Assembly: GCF_006345805.1 (NCBI RefSeq)
Contig: NC_043001.1
Span: 113,894,001-113,958,000 of the forward strand
Reading direction: 5' to 3'
Length of the DNA: 64,000 nt
Origin: Octopus sinensis
Taxonomy: Eukaryota
The position numbers and the translations under genes were made by a program. The notes below the pieces were generated by a model. That model did no database searches and was not told the origin of the DNA. It saw only the letters and a list, made by a program, of their open reading frames with translations. Shown in pieces: positions 1 through 14,025 of this stretch (position 1 is its first letter; each line of letters opens with the position of its first letter).

Positions 1-166
1 TTCAAAGATGAGCCGTACTACAGATTATTCTCATTATCTCAAGGATGCGTGATCAAAGTAAATCGATCTAAGTTTCTGAAAACATGGCATCAGTGAACTT
101 AGCATGCAATGTCCCCGTGGCCATTCACAAAACATTTCTCAAATGAATATCTCTTATATTCCAAGT

Positions 167-574
167 AGCTGGCAGAAACGTTAGCAGGCCGGGCGAAATG
201 CGTAGCCGTATTTCGTCTGTCGTTACGTCGTGAGTTCAAATTCCGCCGAGGTCGACTTTGCCTTTCATCCTTTCGGGGTCGATAAATTAAGTACCAGTTA
301 CGCACTGAGGTCGACGTAATTGACTTAGTCCGTTTGCCTGTCCTTGTTTGTCCTCTCTGTGTTTAGCCCCTTGTGGGTAGTAAAGAAATAGGTATTTCGT
401 CTGCCGTTATGTTCTGAGTTCAAATTCCGCCGAGGTCGACTTTGCCTTTCATCCTTTCGGGGTCGATAAATAAAGTACCAGTTACGCACTGGTGTTGATA
501 TAATCGACTTAATCCCTTTGTCTGTCCTTGTTTGTCCCCTCTATGTTTAGCCCCTCGTGGGCAATAAAGAAAAA
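167..574 (+). mobile_element. tRNA-headed Meta/MESC-domain SINE (family A, young tail), head + 2 tandem bodies
   Basis: A-box-like TGGCAGAAACGTTAGC, B-box-like GAGTTCAAATTCC, core GGTCGACTTTGCCTTTCATCCTTTCGGGGTCGATAAA, tail ...AGCCCCTTGTGGGTAGTAAAGAAATA; the second unit starts at 391 (GGTATTTCGTC) without the first ~40 nt of the head. Confidence 0.9.
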
Positions 575-1315
575 TATATTAGTGAATATTGACAGTGCAC
601 ATCCAGCAACCGTGAACCCGAGCATATGCATTGAGCAAGTTAACTGCAGCTGTGGGTTTCGTGCGTTATGTTTCCCCGATCGGAATTCTAAAGAAAAACC
701 TTAGTCTAAAAACTGATTGTCGGCTATTTCTCAGGGCTGGCCATGCACAATGACTTATATTGGTGAATGTAAGGGAACTCTTAAAAGAGTCAATTAATGT
801 CCCGAATTTTCATTCATAAACTAATAGGGAGTGATATAGTGTCCTCGAATTACCTATGACAATTAAGAGAGAGTGATGCATATATAAAAAATATTATACT
901 GTATATTATTAGTATGTAGCAATAAATATATACCAAGTCGTACTTTTTGCAAATACTTTAAAATAGGAAACTATCAAATTTTATTCGAGACATTGCAAAA
1001 TTTAATAAGAATGAAAAAAGTAATTAGGCTCGGGAGAATAAACTTTACTTAGAACTCTTGAAGAACGTACTTGAACTACATTGAAGCGACAGATTTGATT
1101 TACTGTTCAACTGAAAGTTTACAAACGGCCTCGTCAGACATAAGTACCCAGAATGGCCCCGTAGACCGGTATCAACCGTTAATACTGAAATTGCTTCTAC
1201 AAGCCGGTTCTGTCCTGTGATTGTCTTCAACCCTGGCATAAATTAAGATAAAAGAAATTCGTAGCTGGAGATACAGTAAGAGCACTATACACACGAACAC
1301 ACACATACACACAGA

Positions 1316-1447
1316 GGTATATATATATATATATATATATATAAAGTATATGCATATATTTGTGCGTGTGTTTATATATATATGTCTATATATATATAGG
1401 TATGTGTGTGTGTACCTATGGACATGATGCTGATATATATATATATA

Positions 1448-1510
<63 letters not shown>

Positions 1511-1560
1511 TCGTACATATGTACGTATGTATGTATGAACGTATGCAATTATGTATGTTT
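1316..1560. repeat. (AT)n / (TATG)n compound microsatellite
   Basis: direct reading. Confidence 0.95.
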
Positions 1561-2546
1561 GTCTTTAATGATATTATATTTTATGTTATATGAAAAAGTT
1601 TCCACGATATCCTTTTATTAACAATATTAAATATTTTGTTAATTGCTTGCTACTCACGATTTCACTTCTCCCATTTTCAGATTACTGTTTATAAGAATGT
1701 TGTAGCTAATTCTATGCACCGGTATTTTCATAACATACTTTTCTGATTTCTACTCAAAACAAATTAACTTAAACATTCAAGGTTCATAGAGATTGAAAAC
1801 CTGAGTTAACGTTGATAACAAAGAACACAGAATAAAAGTTTGTTAAGGTAGCATATGGAGTATATGATAACTGGGTTGGGTCGCAATTGTGGGGTTGGAG
1901 ACACTACATACTTGGAATGTTTTCATCTTTTCTGTTGCATTTTAGGCGATAACAAAGGACGATAAAAAATTCCAATGCTGGTAGAGGGTGTTTGTATTTC
2001 TAGTTGCGTGTAAGAATATCAAGAGTCGGCCTTAAATATTTTATCATTTAATGATTGTTTGATGATGAAGATAATAGACAGGTTGTTCCATTGAACGTTG
2101 TGGGTAGGGAAGATTTCTCATGCTTAACATGTGATGATAGGTTGCAGGCCAGGTCATGAACACAAAAAGACATTGACCTTTCGGTATCTATTGTTTGCTG
2201 AAGTATGAGAAACGAAGGTTTAGAAAATATACATGCATACATACACACATGCACAGATATATGCGTATGGCTATATACGTTCTGTTTATTTTTATGCAGT
2301 TATATAGAAAAAGTTAAACATTAATTGAGAGACCACTGAATAGATTTAAGCAAAGTTTTACATCTACTTTATTTTAACTAACAATAAATTGACACTAACA
2401 TTGGTTCATCAACCTAGACGAATGCAACTGATCCAGAACTCTGATATTACTATCAACATATTACCTGTTAAAATAACACACACGCACACACATAAACACA
2501 CTCAATCATAGACACATATACGCACCTCTATATGATTTTTGTACTC

Positions 2547-2612
<66 letters not shown>

Positions 2613-2623
2613 GTCTGTCTGTT

Positions 2624-2658
<35 letters not shown>

Positions 2659-2730
2659 GTGTGTGTGTGTCTGTCTGTCTGTCTGTCTGTATGTATCTAT
2701 GTATGTATGTATGTATGCTTGCTTGCATGT
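2547..2730. repeat. (TATC)n-(TGTC)n-(TATG)n compound tetranucleotide microsatellite
   Basis: direct reading. Confidence 0.95.
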
Positions 2731-2966
2731 ATGCAGCAACACTGATATCAAAAACATCAAAACCAACCAACATAATTCGACAATTATTATAAAATATGTT
2801 AATTTTGAAAAGTTGGTTTCAGAAAGAAATATTTTTTTAGGGAGGAGGAAATATGATGGAAGATGAAGCAGCAGCAGTATACTGGCATCATCATATAAGG
2901 GGATGAACGGGAACGAATGGATGATGTCGCTGTTGTATTTTCGCGGGTCATCAATATATATATATA

Positions 2967-3275
2967 TCACGTGATCACGTGACCGACCAGACCATCAGAT
3001 GTTGTTACACATCGCTGGTCACAATGCATTTTGCATTGTTTTAGCCTTCGAATGACGCCACCCCGCTGGCTAAGCGAGCAGGCCAACAGAAGAAAGAGTG
3101 AGAGAAAGAGTGGTGAATGAGTACAGCAGGGATCACCACCATCCCCTGCCGGAGCCTCGTGGAACTTTTAGGTGTTTTCGCTCAATAAACACACAACGCC
3201 CGGTCTGGGAATCGAAACCGCGATCCTAACGACCGCGAGTCCGCTGCCCTAACCACTGGGCCATTGCGCCTCCAC
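2967..3275 (-). mobile_element. tRNA-derived SINE family B (OR-like), alternative-tail variant
   Basis: Head GTGGAGGCGCAATGGCCCAGTGGTTAGGGCAGCGGACTCGCGGTC...GGTTTCGATTCCC is shared with the copies at 18568, 50039, 50847 and 54229, but the 3' half differs and ends in (TCACGTGA)2 next to (TA)n. Confidence 0.88.
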
Positions 3276-3297
3276 TACACACACACACACACACACA

Positions 3298-3339
<42 letters not shown>

Positions 3340-3347
3340 AAACATAC

Positions 3348-3394
<47 letters not shown>

Positions 3395-3507
3395 TGTATG
3401 CATCTATGCATGTATATATGTGTGTATACGTGCAGATTTATATGTTTTGTTTTATTTATGTTTTCTCATGCATATACTTGCATTTCTAGACATTTTCATA
3501 TATATAT

Positions 3508-3714
3508 TTAAATGATAAACTTCTGGAAAGTTTTACAGATCTTTACAGTTCCAGTGATGAACTGGATACGTAGTCTTCGAATTAGCTTTCTCCTTCCTAG
3601 TTTTGAGAAGCCTATCTTCTCAAGATTTGTATTTAGGCGGTGTGTTACATGTCTCAGTGTCGCAATAATTACAGGTATAAACCTGAACTTGTAATTTGGA
3701 TAGAGTAACTGCAT
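3508..3714 (-). mobile_element. 3' end of a restriction-like-endonuclease (R2/R4/NeSL-type) non-LTR retrotransposon ORF
   Basis: [37 protein letters not shown]...[21 protein letters not shown] fits the RLE C-terminal pattern (iPviiGalG ... Q..i.GT..I.r.f); flanked by microsatellites. Confidence 0.7.
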
Positions 3715-3925
3715 GTGTGTGTGTGTGTGTGTGTGTGCGCCTGTGTGTATGCATATTATATATTTATGCATGTATATACATATATACATATATATGTATA
3801 TACATATACATACACACACACACACATACATATATATGCATGTATATATATATATATATATAAATATGTATATATCTATATATATATATATACATATATG
3901 TATATACGTATGCACACCCATACAC

Positions 3926-3971
<46 letters not shown>

Positions 3972-4009
3972 AATATATATGTATATATATATATATATTA
4001 TATATATAT

Positions 4010-4069
<60 letters not shown>

Positions 4070-4075
4070 ATACAT
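3715..4075. repeat. (TG)n/(AT)n compound microsatellite
   Basis: direct reading. Confidence 0.95.
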
Positions 4076-4499
4076 ATTTGTTTATAGATGTGTATTCTTC
4101 GTTTCAATGTGTAACATAATCTGCTAGAGTTTCAAACCAGAATATATTGGTATTCTAAATGTTTACATAACAGACTGGCATTCCAGCAATGAACTAAAGA
4201 AAATGTTAAAAATCCTGAAAATAAGTGCTACGGAGTCTCGGAGGTTTGAGCAATTTTCTTTATTGTTTGTTACTACTCCCACCGCTACCGCAATTATCCC
4301 CACGATTACTATCATGGTCATTACGGCAACCAGTATGAAACGCAAGCAACTACCCCGAAAATGTCGTTGGAGTCAGCAACAGTAGCAACAAGAAGAGAGG
4401 TCACAGCGATAACAACGGCAAAAACCAGTATAAAATAAAGGCGAGATGACGACGACGACGACGAAGATGCTGATGATAAAGATGGGGAGGAGAATGTGG

Positions 4500-4864
4500 A
4501 GGATGAAGATGATAGTGATAAAGAAGAAGAAGAAAAAGAAGAAGAAGAAATAGAAGAAGAAGAAGAAGAAGGAGGAGGAGGAAGAGGAGGAGGAGGAGAA
4601 GAAGAAGAAGTGGAAGAAGAAGAAGAAGAAGGAGGAGGAGGAGGAGGAGGAAGAAGACGAAGAAGAAGAAGAAGAGGAAGTAGAAGGAGAAGGGGAGGAG
4701 GAGGAGAAGAAGAAGAAGGAGGAGGAGAAGGAGGAGGAGAAGAAGAAGAAGAAGAAGAAGAGGAAGGAGAAGAAGAAAATATAGGTAGGTTAGAGAGAAG
4801 AATGAAGAACTTGAGAAGAGGGGAGGAATGCGAAATATGAAAGAGTGGTAAATAACGAAATAAT

Positions 4865-4899
<35 letters not shown>

Positions 4900-4925
4900 T
4901 ATAATAATAATAATAATAATAAATA
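4500..4925. repeat. (GAA/GGA)n polypurine tract followed by (TAA)n
   Basis: direct reading. Confidence 0.95.
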
Positions 4926-5309
4926 CAGGAGTGAAAATTTAAAGAAATAAATTCGAAAAATAGAAATATGGCAAAAAAAGAAAGAAGGATCAAATACTGA
5001 CTAGAAAAAAGAATAAAAAAACACGAGAAACAGTCACGTGGGAGTGGATAATGGTGTTAAAATAGTTAGAGAATCAGAAGAATTAAGTGGTTTCTGGATA
5101 TTTGTTTTGAGAAAGACAAACCCAGAGTATTTCCACGAAAAAAAAAAATTCTGATGTAAGAGATAAAGCAGAGAAGGAAACAAGAAATAAATGCAAATGT
5201 ATATGGTGATGGTAAAGAAAATAAAGAAGGGTAAAATGGTGAAAAGACAAAGAAACAATACATTAATACTTTGTGGTGAAATCCAGAATGAATATGCAGA
5301 TATGCGCGC

Positions 5310-5388
5310 GCACACATACACACATACATACGTACATTCATAGATACATACATACATTCATACATACATTCATACATGCATACATTCA

Positions 5389-5422
<34 letters not shown>

Positions 5423-5790
5423 CATACATACATACATGCATACATACATACATACATACATACGCACATACATTCATACATATATACATACATGCATACA
5501 TACATGCATACATACATTCATATATACATACATTCATACATAAATACATTCATACATATATACATACATACATACATACATCATACATACAGACATACAT
5601 ACATTCATACATATATACATACATACATACATGCATACATACATTCATACATACATACATACATACTTTCATACATATATAAATACATACATACATACAT
5701 TCATACATATATACATACATACATTCATACATACATACATACGCACATACATACATTCATACATACATACATATATGCATGTATACATAT
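5310..5790. repeat. (ATAC)n tetranucleotide array, ~480 bp
   Basis: direct reading; source of the 235-aa HTYI pseudo-ORF. Confidence 0.95.
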
Positions 5791-6531
5791 ATGTACATAT
5801 ATTTATATATTTATCAATAAGTGTAAATATATATATATATGTATGTTAGTATGTATATACTTACTCATATTTATGTTAGTATATATACTTACATATATAT
5901 ATATATACTTACATATATATACATGTATATACATATGTAGTTGTTTCTGTATATGTGCAAGAATATATAGATATATATAAAGAATTTATAAATAATTATA
6001 AAGATATTATATATATATGCATATGACAACGCGTAATGGAAAGGAGCGGAAATTTGCAAAAAATAATACTATAGAAAAGAGATTTGAATTAGTTGTTAGA
6101 TCAGATGAGTAATTGGGAAAGAGCGAGCAAAGGACAGAGTGAGATAATAGATGTAATTAATTCTTAAACTGTCATCATAATCGATTACTGAAAATAACGA
6201 AGATGAGGGGAATATATATACACAAGCGTCAATATATAAATATATACCTATATATGTATGTAAATAATTTTTTCCGTGGTTATTTTAGACAACCAACAAT
6301 TGTCTAAAAATATATATATATATATATGTATGTATATATGTATGTATATATATATGTATGTATATATATATATATATATATGTGTGTATATATGTATGTA
6401 TATGTGTGTTTATGAGTGTGTGCGTGTGTGTGAGTGGATGGATATATATTTATACATACATATCTATAAACATATAATACAATATACAATACAAACACAC
6501 ATATATGTATATGAATATATATATATATATG

Positions 6532-6570
<39 letters not shown>

Positions 6571-7791
6571 TATGTTTATTATATTTATTATATATATGTT
6601 TATAGATATGTATATACAAATATATATTCATATACATACACATATACACACATATTGTAAATCTTGTATGCTATTGTTACATGCTTTATGGATACTGAAT
6701 GTTTGTCTCGCTCCTTGAGTTTCACGCCACACCGAACATCAGGCGAGAACAGTTACCATACGTTTTGTTCATATATTTACGATGTGGCTTTTTTTCTGTG
6801 TAGATGTAGTCTTGTGGGAATTGATCCATACTTAGTTTGTTATCGATACCTGGTGAGTGCTCAAATCCGAAAAAGTCTTTTATTGATACGTATGTAAGCA
6901 CGTGCGTGTGTATGTCTGTGTCTATCTGTGTATATGTGCGTATAGTTTATGGATAAAATCCGTGGAAGCTAAGGAACAATGGTGATTCAAAATGCATAAT
7001 GGTAGTGTAAATAAAAATTTATATAAATTAATATTTTACACTTTTATATGTGATCGAAAATGCTGTCAAATTCGGAATGCAACTATCAGGATATTTTGCT
7101 ATATTTTTATAGAAATTGCTATCAAATTACCTACTCTATGTAACTCTGTCTTACAACTTATTTCTCAATCTCTCTCAATTTTTCTCATTCATTTAGTTTT
7201 TGATATTTTCTTTTTCCACCATTATACTTTTCTGACTTTTCATCCTGAATTTAAATATATGGCTTGTGTTTATAGAAGGTTCTGTGATTCATATGTATAT
7301 TGCTAAACATTTAATGTTCATTCTCTCAACTAAATCGGGATATATTAGATCACTTCAAGTTCATTTTATTCTCGTCTAAGTCCGTATACGTATGTGCCTG
7401 ATCATTTGCTATGTATTCTTCTATTTCCCCTCGCTGCTTGGCTTATCGTTCTGTAATAACTTCAATCTTTAATGAACTGTACTGCATGGTCACAGAAATT
7501 GCTTTTGCGGTTTCGGGTGCAATTGGTCGTTCGAGGCCTATAGTATATTCTTTTCGACGATACTCTTGTGGTGAATTGAGAAAGATAAGATGATGAACGA
7601 GACTGTGGATTTTACCAGTGTTAATTTGCTTCCATTACTGGCTGCAATCTATCTGCTGAACTACAGCTACCGAAGTTATGAATTAACTCCGTGCTCTCAG
7701 AATTACCTCTCGGATTTATAACGCCTTCTACCCTCTGATTCTTTGCATCTATGTAATCTGAATAAGTTCGCTTTATCAAAACCCTGTATAT

Positions 7792-7844
<53 letters not shown>

Positions 7845-9002
7845 TACTGGTAGTTAATCGTCTGAAAATCTAAGTCTGCCTTCTCTTTATATATATGAAT
7901 GTCTATATATATATACATGTATATATATATATTGTTGATGAAAACCCTTATAACATTACCTTTTATTTTTATCATTTTTACCTTTCTATTTGAATCATTG
8001 TCTCCATATCTTCTCCCTTGGATTCCCTTTATAGCCACTCTTTACCCTGCTGACCTCGTTAAAGTTATCGGAAGGTGTGTACTATCAGATCATTTGAACG
8101 ATACCCAGAGCTTTTTTGTATTGAGATTCTCTCGATTTCATCTGCCTGTCTGTCTGTCTGTCTCTCTCTCTGTGCATATATATATATATATATATATATT
8201 CATATATATATATATCCTAATTCGGTTTAGCTTTATTGGAGTTGTAGTAAGAGTTGTTTTGGTTATTGATGCACACCTTCCGAGTCAGTCCATGTTTAAC
8301 AGATCTATATTCAGGAACGTTTCCATCGCGACCAACTATTTTTTTTAGGTACAAAATCATTGCAATTTCAATTTTGCCTGATACCACATACTATCTGATT
8401 CAAATTTTGTGAACGCAATTTATTTTTCGCATCTCACGATCTCATTTCTTCTACGATTGTCTCCCTTGTTTCTTCATTTTCAGTTGTCTATCTCCACATA
8501 TCACTACATTTTTATTTAAATTCCTTAGTCACCGAGCAACTCTGTCAGATACCCTCTCTCACACCCGCTCTTTCACTCTCTACTTTAATACTCGCCCTTT
8601 TTTTTATCTATGACGATGCTACAAACTGATAATATGGCAATGCAATCAGTAATTGGTCAGATTTAGTTGATAGAAAATATGTAATTTCTTAATGTACAAT
8701 AATCGTGGCGTCGGTAATATCAACGATATTTAAAGAAGAAAAAAAAGTAAAAAGTAAATGTAGATACAACGGTTGTTGTAACAAAAACAACAGCAGCCGA
8801 AACTATAACCACCACAACAACAACAAAAGAAAGAAGAATCATAACAATAACGAAAATCAAATGCAAAAGGCGAAAACACAGTAAAATAAAGTAAAAAGAA
8901 AATACCGCCACAGCAGCTGCAGTTTATAAAACCAACAAAAATAACTCATCACCCAACTCAGTCACTGACAGGAGAAGAAAAAAGAACAAAAAAATCAACT
9001 TC

Positions 9003-9265
<263 letters not shown>

Positions 9266-9670
9266 CTGCTGAGTATAGATTGGAAAATATGCTCTTTGTG
9301 CATGTTTCGCAAAATCAGAGGGATCAAGGAGATAATCAATGATATATATATGTATACATGTACACACAGGCACAAAAAATGTATGTATATATGTATATAT
9401 ATGCATGTATGTGTATATAGATATATATATGCATATATATGTATATCTATATATATATATATATATATATTTAGAGAGAGAGAGAGAAAGAGACATGTGT
9501 GCGTGTGCTTGCCTGCATGCGCGCGTGTGTGAGTGTGTATCTGTATATATGTGTGTGTGTGTTTACATGCATATACATATATATTTTGTACGTTTTCATA
9601 GGCATATACATATGCCTATAAATTCATACACTCATACATATATGTGATTTGTTGCTGTTGTAGGCACACA

Positions 9671-9751
<81 letters not shown>

Positions 9752-9889
9752 ACGTGCGTATATTTACGTACGTGATTACTTATCTATGACAACATATATC
9801 TAATATATACATAATATTTATGTTTAGTATAACTAAATCACTCCGTTTGCATTTATACATACAGATATATATATATATATATATATAAT

Positions 9890-9921
<32 letters not shown>

Positions 9922-9976
9922 CATATATATATACAGACACACATGCATACATATATATATATGTACACACGCACAG

Positions 9977-10035
<59 letters not shown>

Positions 10036-11621
10036 TGTATGTATGTTTCTATATGCATATAACATATCAATACATCTCCATATATAAATATATCAAATCT
10101 TCTTCGGCGCCAGACAAACGACTTCGCTTTCGTTGTTATTTTTCTTGTTGCTGTGTTTGTATTGTCCGTTTCGTTTGCTTTAAAAAAAAACGTATATGTA
10201 ATATTATTAAATATAAAAGTGAATGAATGAACGAGCATTCGTAGCGGCTGCGGCAGAGATTAGTCTCGATGTATGGAAGACTTTGATTTCTGACCTGGGT
10301 CAATGCTGTGTCATATTACTGACTTGTGTTGTTAGATAGTTAGGCGCTGCTCACCAAGATATACTCTTAGGCAGACATTTTGTAAGGGAATGCAGAAGTA
10401 AGTATACGCACACATACATACACACACACACGTATGCACACGCACATACACACGCATACGAACGCATCACATGTACGCGCACAAAGAGACAGACATGAAT
10501 ATGTGCATATACGATTATAAGTGAGTTATTATTAAAAATAATAATAACAATATTAATATTACTTAGTTTATGCTGCGTTATTGCATTGAGAATCGATCAA
10601 ATTTCACAGAGAAAATAAATAAATAAATAAATAAAAACGATAATAAAATTTATTTATAAAGAAAATAAAAAAGTAAATATGTGGTGTGGAGTTTTGTCGA
10701 AATAAAGAATAATATAAAGATGTGATATACTGCTGAAAATGATGGTGATGATGATGATGATGATGATGAGGGGGAGGCGGAGGAGGAGGAAGAAAATGAG
10801 GAGGAGTTGGAGGAAAGTGATGATGATGATGATGATAATATGTGTGGTGTTGATGAGGATGGTGATGATGACAACGATGACGACGACGACGACGAGGGTG
10901 ACAATAATGATAAAGACGGTATCGGTGGTGTTGGTGAACATGATGCTCAGATGAAAGAAAAGAAGAAGGAGAGGGGCTTGGGGGAGACGACGAGTGGGAC
11001 GAGGAGAAAAAAAAGGAGGAGAGGTGTTTGAACAAAGAAGAGAGAAGATAAGGTGTTGCTGCATGACAACGACTTCGACGATGATTGAGGATACTGACAA
11101 CGACGACAATAATAATGATCGCGAACATTATCATGACGATGATAGGCAGAAATGCAGAAATGTGTGAATACAATGATGTCTATTAGACCCTACAATCACG
11201 TGGCTCTTGAATGGAATTGTGGTCAGGTACTGAGATCGAATAGACTAACCACCGAGTACTGACATAGAATAACCGACTCCTGCCGTGTAGTGGGTCTCAA
11301 AACTTGAGAGCGGCTACTTCATTTATGGGTCTCATAAAAATGAAATGCAAAATCGATATGCGTGGGAGTTGAACTTAGAACAATGACGAAGGCAGCTGAA
11401 AAGAGCAAGGTACTCTAACAACTCCATCAACGTTGATATTAATTTCAGCGATGATAGTTCTTTCTAAAGAGGTACTATAGGAGACATATAAGAAATAAGG
11501 TAGGGACGATTTATCTCTCTCGTTTTCTTCATGCGATCGCAAATGTGATGCATTTCATCATACCTTACCAGAAAGCTCTATCCCCATTAGATTTCGTTAT
11601 TCCTTGACTTTTCTTGCGTAT

Positions 11622-12032
11622 AGGCGTAGGAGTGGGTGTGTGGTAAGTAGCTTGCTTACAAACCACATGGTTCCGGGTTCAGTCCCACTGCATAGCACCT
11701 TGGGCAAGTGTCTTTTACTATAGCCTCGGGATGACCAAAACCTTATGAATGTATTTGGTAGACGGAAACTGAAAGAAGCCCGTCGTATCTATGTATATAT
11801 AGGCATGCATGCGTGTATATGTCTGTGTGTCTGTGTTTGTTCCCCCCCACATCGCTTGACAACCGTTGCCGGTGTGTTTACGTCCCCGTAAACTAGCGGT
11901 TCGGCAAATGAGACCGCTAGAATAAGTACTTAGCTTCCAAAGAATAAGTCCTGGGGTCCATTTGCTCGACTAAAGGCGCTACTCCAGGATGGCCACAGTT
12001 ATATTGACTGAAACAAGGAAAAGAGAAAAGAG
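11622..12032 (+). mobile_element. tRNA-derived SINE family C (CORE-like CCTTGGGCAAGT, internal TA/TG microsatellite), near full length
   Basis: Head AGGCGTAGGAGTGGGTGTGTGGTAAGTAGC...CCGGGTTCAGTCCCACTG; body shared with 19095-19420 and 36522-36882; tail GACTGAAACAAG(AAAAGAG)n. Confidence 0.85.
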
Positions 12033-12488
12033 TATATAAGGTAGTTGATTGCACTTCGACCTGTGGTATGGAAAGGAATTTCCGAAATACAATGTCATAT
12101 GAGTTAGTTTTGAGCACGATAGATGTGGTTAGGAAAGATTAAGATGAAATGACTAACAACAGTTGAGATTTATGGACACATTGCACCCATCCATTTCAAA
12201 GACTAACATTTTTACAAACCACATTAGTAGACAGAAAGCATGAACTATTTTCTGTGTCCATGAATAATAGAGACCTGATACATTAACAAACTGTGCAAAG
12301 AGGAAAGTGGACAAATAATAACTTAAACTTTAACTGAGAATCACAGAACTCAAAACTGAAACTCAAGGATCCGTACCCTTTTTTTGTGGCAAAAGACCAA
12401 AATAATAGGACCAAGGTGTGTACCTAAACAATATAGTCATGCAACAGGGACAGGTAATTACATATAAATTCTGCATTGAAACAATGGA

Positions 12489-12660
12489 CCGGTTATGACG
12501 ATGAGGGTTCCAGTCGATCCGATCAATGGAACAGCCTACTCGTGAAATTCAAATGCAAGTGGCTGAGCACTCTCTAAACACGTGTACTCTTAACGTAGTT
12601 CTCAGGAAGATTCAGTGTGAGTCAGAATGTGACAAGGCTGGCCCTTTGAAATGCAGGTAC
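12489..12660 (-). mobile_element. diverged 3' fragment of SINE family B
   Basis: CGGTTATGACGATGAGGGTTCC...GGCCCTTTGAAATGCAGGTAC aligns with the tail of 18568-18942. Confidence 0.8.
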
Positions 12661-12663
12661 TCC

Positions 12664-12721
<58 letters not shown>

Positions 12722-12759
<38 letters not shown>

Positions 12760-13790
12760 CAGAAACTCTGTGTCTGTGTGTGTGAGTGTGCAAGTTCGAA
12801 TGTTTATAACTCGAGTTCCACCAAACCGATTCGGGTGAAATTTCAGACATGCATTTGGTATGTTCTGATGTATGTGTTAGTCATAACAACTACTTCCATC
12901 AATGTTCGGTTTTCGCAAAAACTCGATCGATAATTATCGATTGTTTCAAAAAGTCGTCCGATTTTGATCTCCACCATGGTGTGCATACACATTGTGACCC
13001 CACGTGACCTCAAAATAGTCACTGCCAATAAAAGTAAGCATCCGACACTGAGACTTTCCATCGGAATAAATGAAAGCGATTTCTATATGTAGCACGAGAT
13101 AGTTAAAGCAATAACAGCCTCTACACTGCACAAGCTACTGGTAAATACTCACTACTTCCTTCATCCATTTCACTAGCAGTAGTATCCGGTGTTGCACGGG
13201 TCTTAATAAATTACCGTGAAACTGCGGAAGCACGAGGCCTTACACTTGAGAAAAGACGGTTTGGGGCGTGAGAGAGTGACATTGCTAAAGCAATAACCTT
13301 GGTGACTTATTGAATCAAATCAATACCCAAGCTGCCTTTCAAAAAGTTATATTTTTCGCTGTTTACGGTTTCCATGTAAAAGTGCTTTCGGGTGAAGCCG
13401 GGCCAAACCGCTGAACCACCAGACCGATTCGATTGAAATTTCAGATATACATTAGGTATGTTCCGAGGCATGTTTTAGTCGTAACAACTGCTTCGATCAA
13501 TGTTCGGTTTTCGCAAAAACTCGGTTGTAAAAAAAATGAAGGCAACTATCCTATCCGGATGCGGAAAAGAAGAGGATGTATTCATTCCCAGGTTTCCCCT
13601 TACTCCTGGAGCAGACATACCTTTCGCCTTAAGAATACTGCAATTCCCTCTCCGGCCCAGCTTCGCCATGTCTGTCAACAAGTCCCAGGACCAGACTCTT
13701 TTTGTGGCCGGACTTCTCTTGGAAGAGCCTTGCTTTTCCCACGACTAGCTGTACGTTGCATGCTCCAGATTCGGCAGTAGAGACAGAATA
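12722..13790 (+). mobile_element. rearranged Helitron relic
   Basis: Non-autonomous Helitron-like 5' segment (AACCGATTCGGGTGAAATTTCAG..., repeated at ~12818-12926 and ~13417-13523); a 3'-end-like hairpin+CTAGT on the minus strand at 13171-13202; PIF1 fragment at 13536-13790. Confidence 0.65.
13536..13790 (+). pseudogene. Helitron Rep/helicase PIF1-domain C-terminal fragment (in-frame stop)
   Basis: ATILSGCGKEEDVFIPRFPL...LQFPLRPSFAMSVNKSQDQTL...PCFSHD*LYVACSRFG corresponds to PIF1 motifs V/VI (QFP.rlafAmtinKSQGQTl; FshGQLYVAcSR). Confidence 0.9.
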
Positions 13791-13808
13791 CCTTTAAAGT
13801 TGAAAATT

Positions 13809-13986
13809 ATAAACAATTACAAAGAAGGACAAAAGGAAATAAGATTTCTATGCTAATATGCTGAGAATAGACTTTAAATCGTCAATCACCACATGCAAAT
13901 ATATATATGGTGATTGACGATTTAAAGTCTATTCCCAGCATATTGGCATAGAAATCATTTTTCTTTTCCCCTTGTTTATAATTGTA

Positions 13987-13989
<3 letters not shown>
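13809..13989. repeat. long inverted repeat (~83-bp arms, 16-nt spacer)
   Basis: GAATAGACTTTAAATCGTCAATCACCA / TGGTGATTGACGATTTAAAGTCTATTC is a perfect 27-bp inner stem with an imperfect outward extension. Confidence 0.9.

Positions 13990-14025
<36 letters not shown>

Noticed and set aside
99-305. Recurrent MRNWYLIYRPRKDERQSRPRR ORF (also 36189, 41239)
   Set aside because: Antisense translation of SINE family A.
2040-2200. Minus-strand M/Y/P/H-rich peptide (MTWPATYHHMLSMRNLPYPQRSMEQPVYY...) suggesting a reflectin-like protein
   Set aside because: Short, has no reflectin motif, and the nearest acceptor is separated from it by an in-frame stop.
5273-5980. 235-aa ORF and the many other HTYI/IYIY/poly-I/L/S/E ORFs
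   Set aside because: Translations of (ATAC)n, (AT)n and triplet microsatellites; no coding signal.
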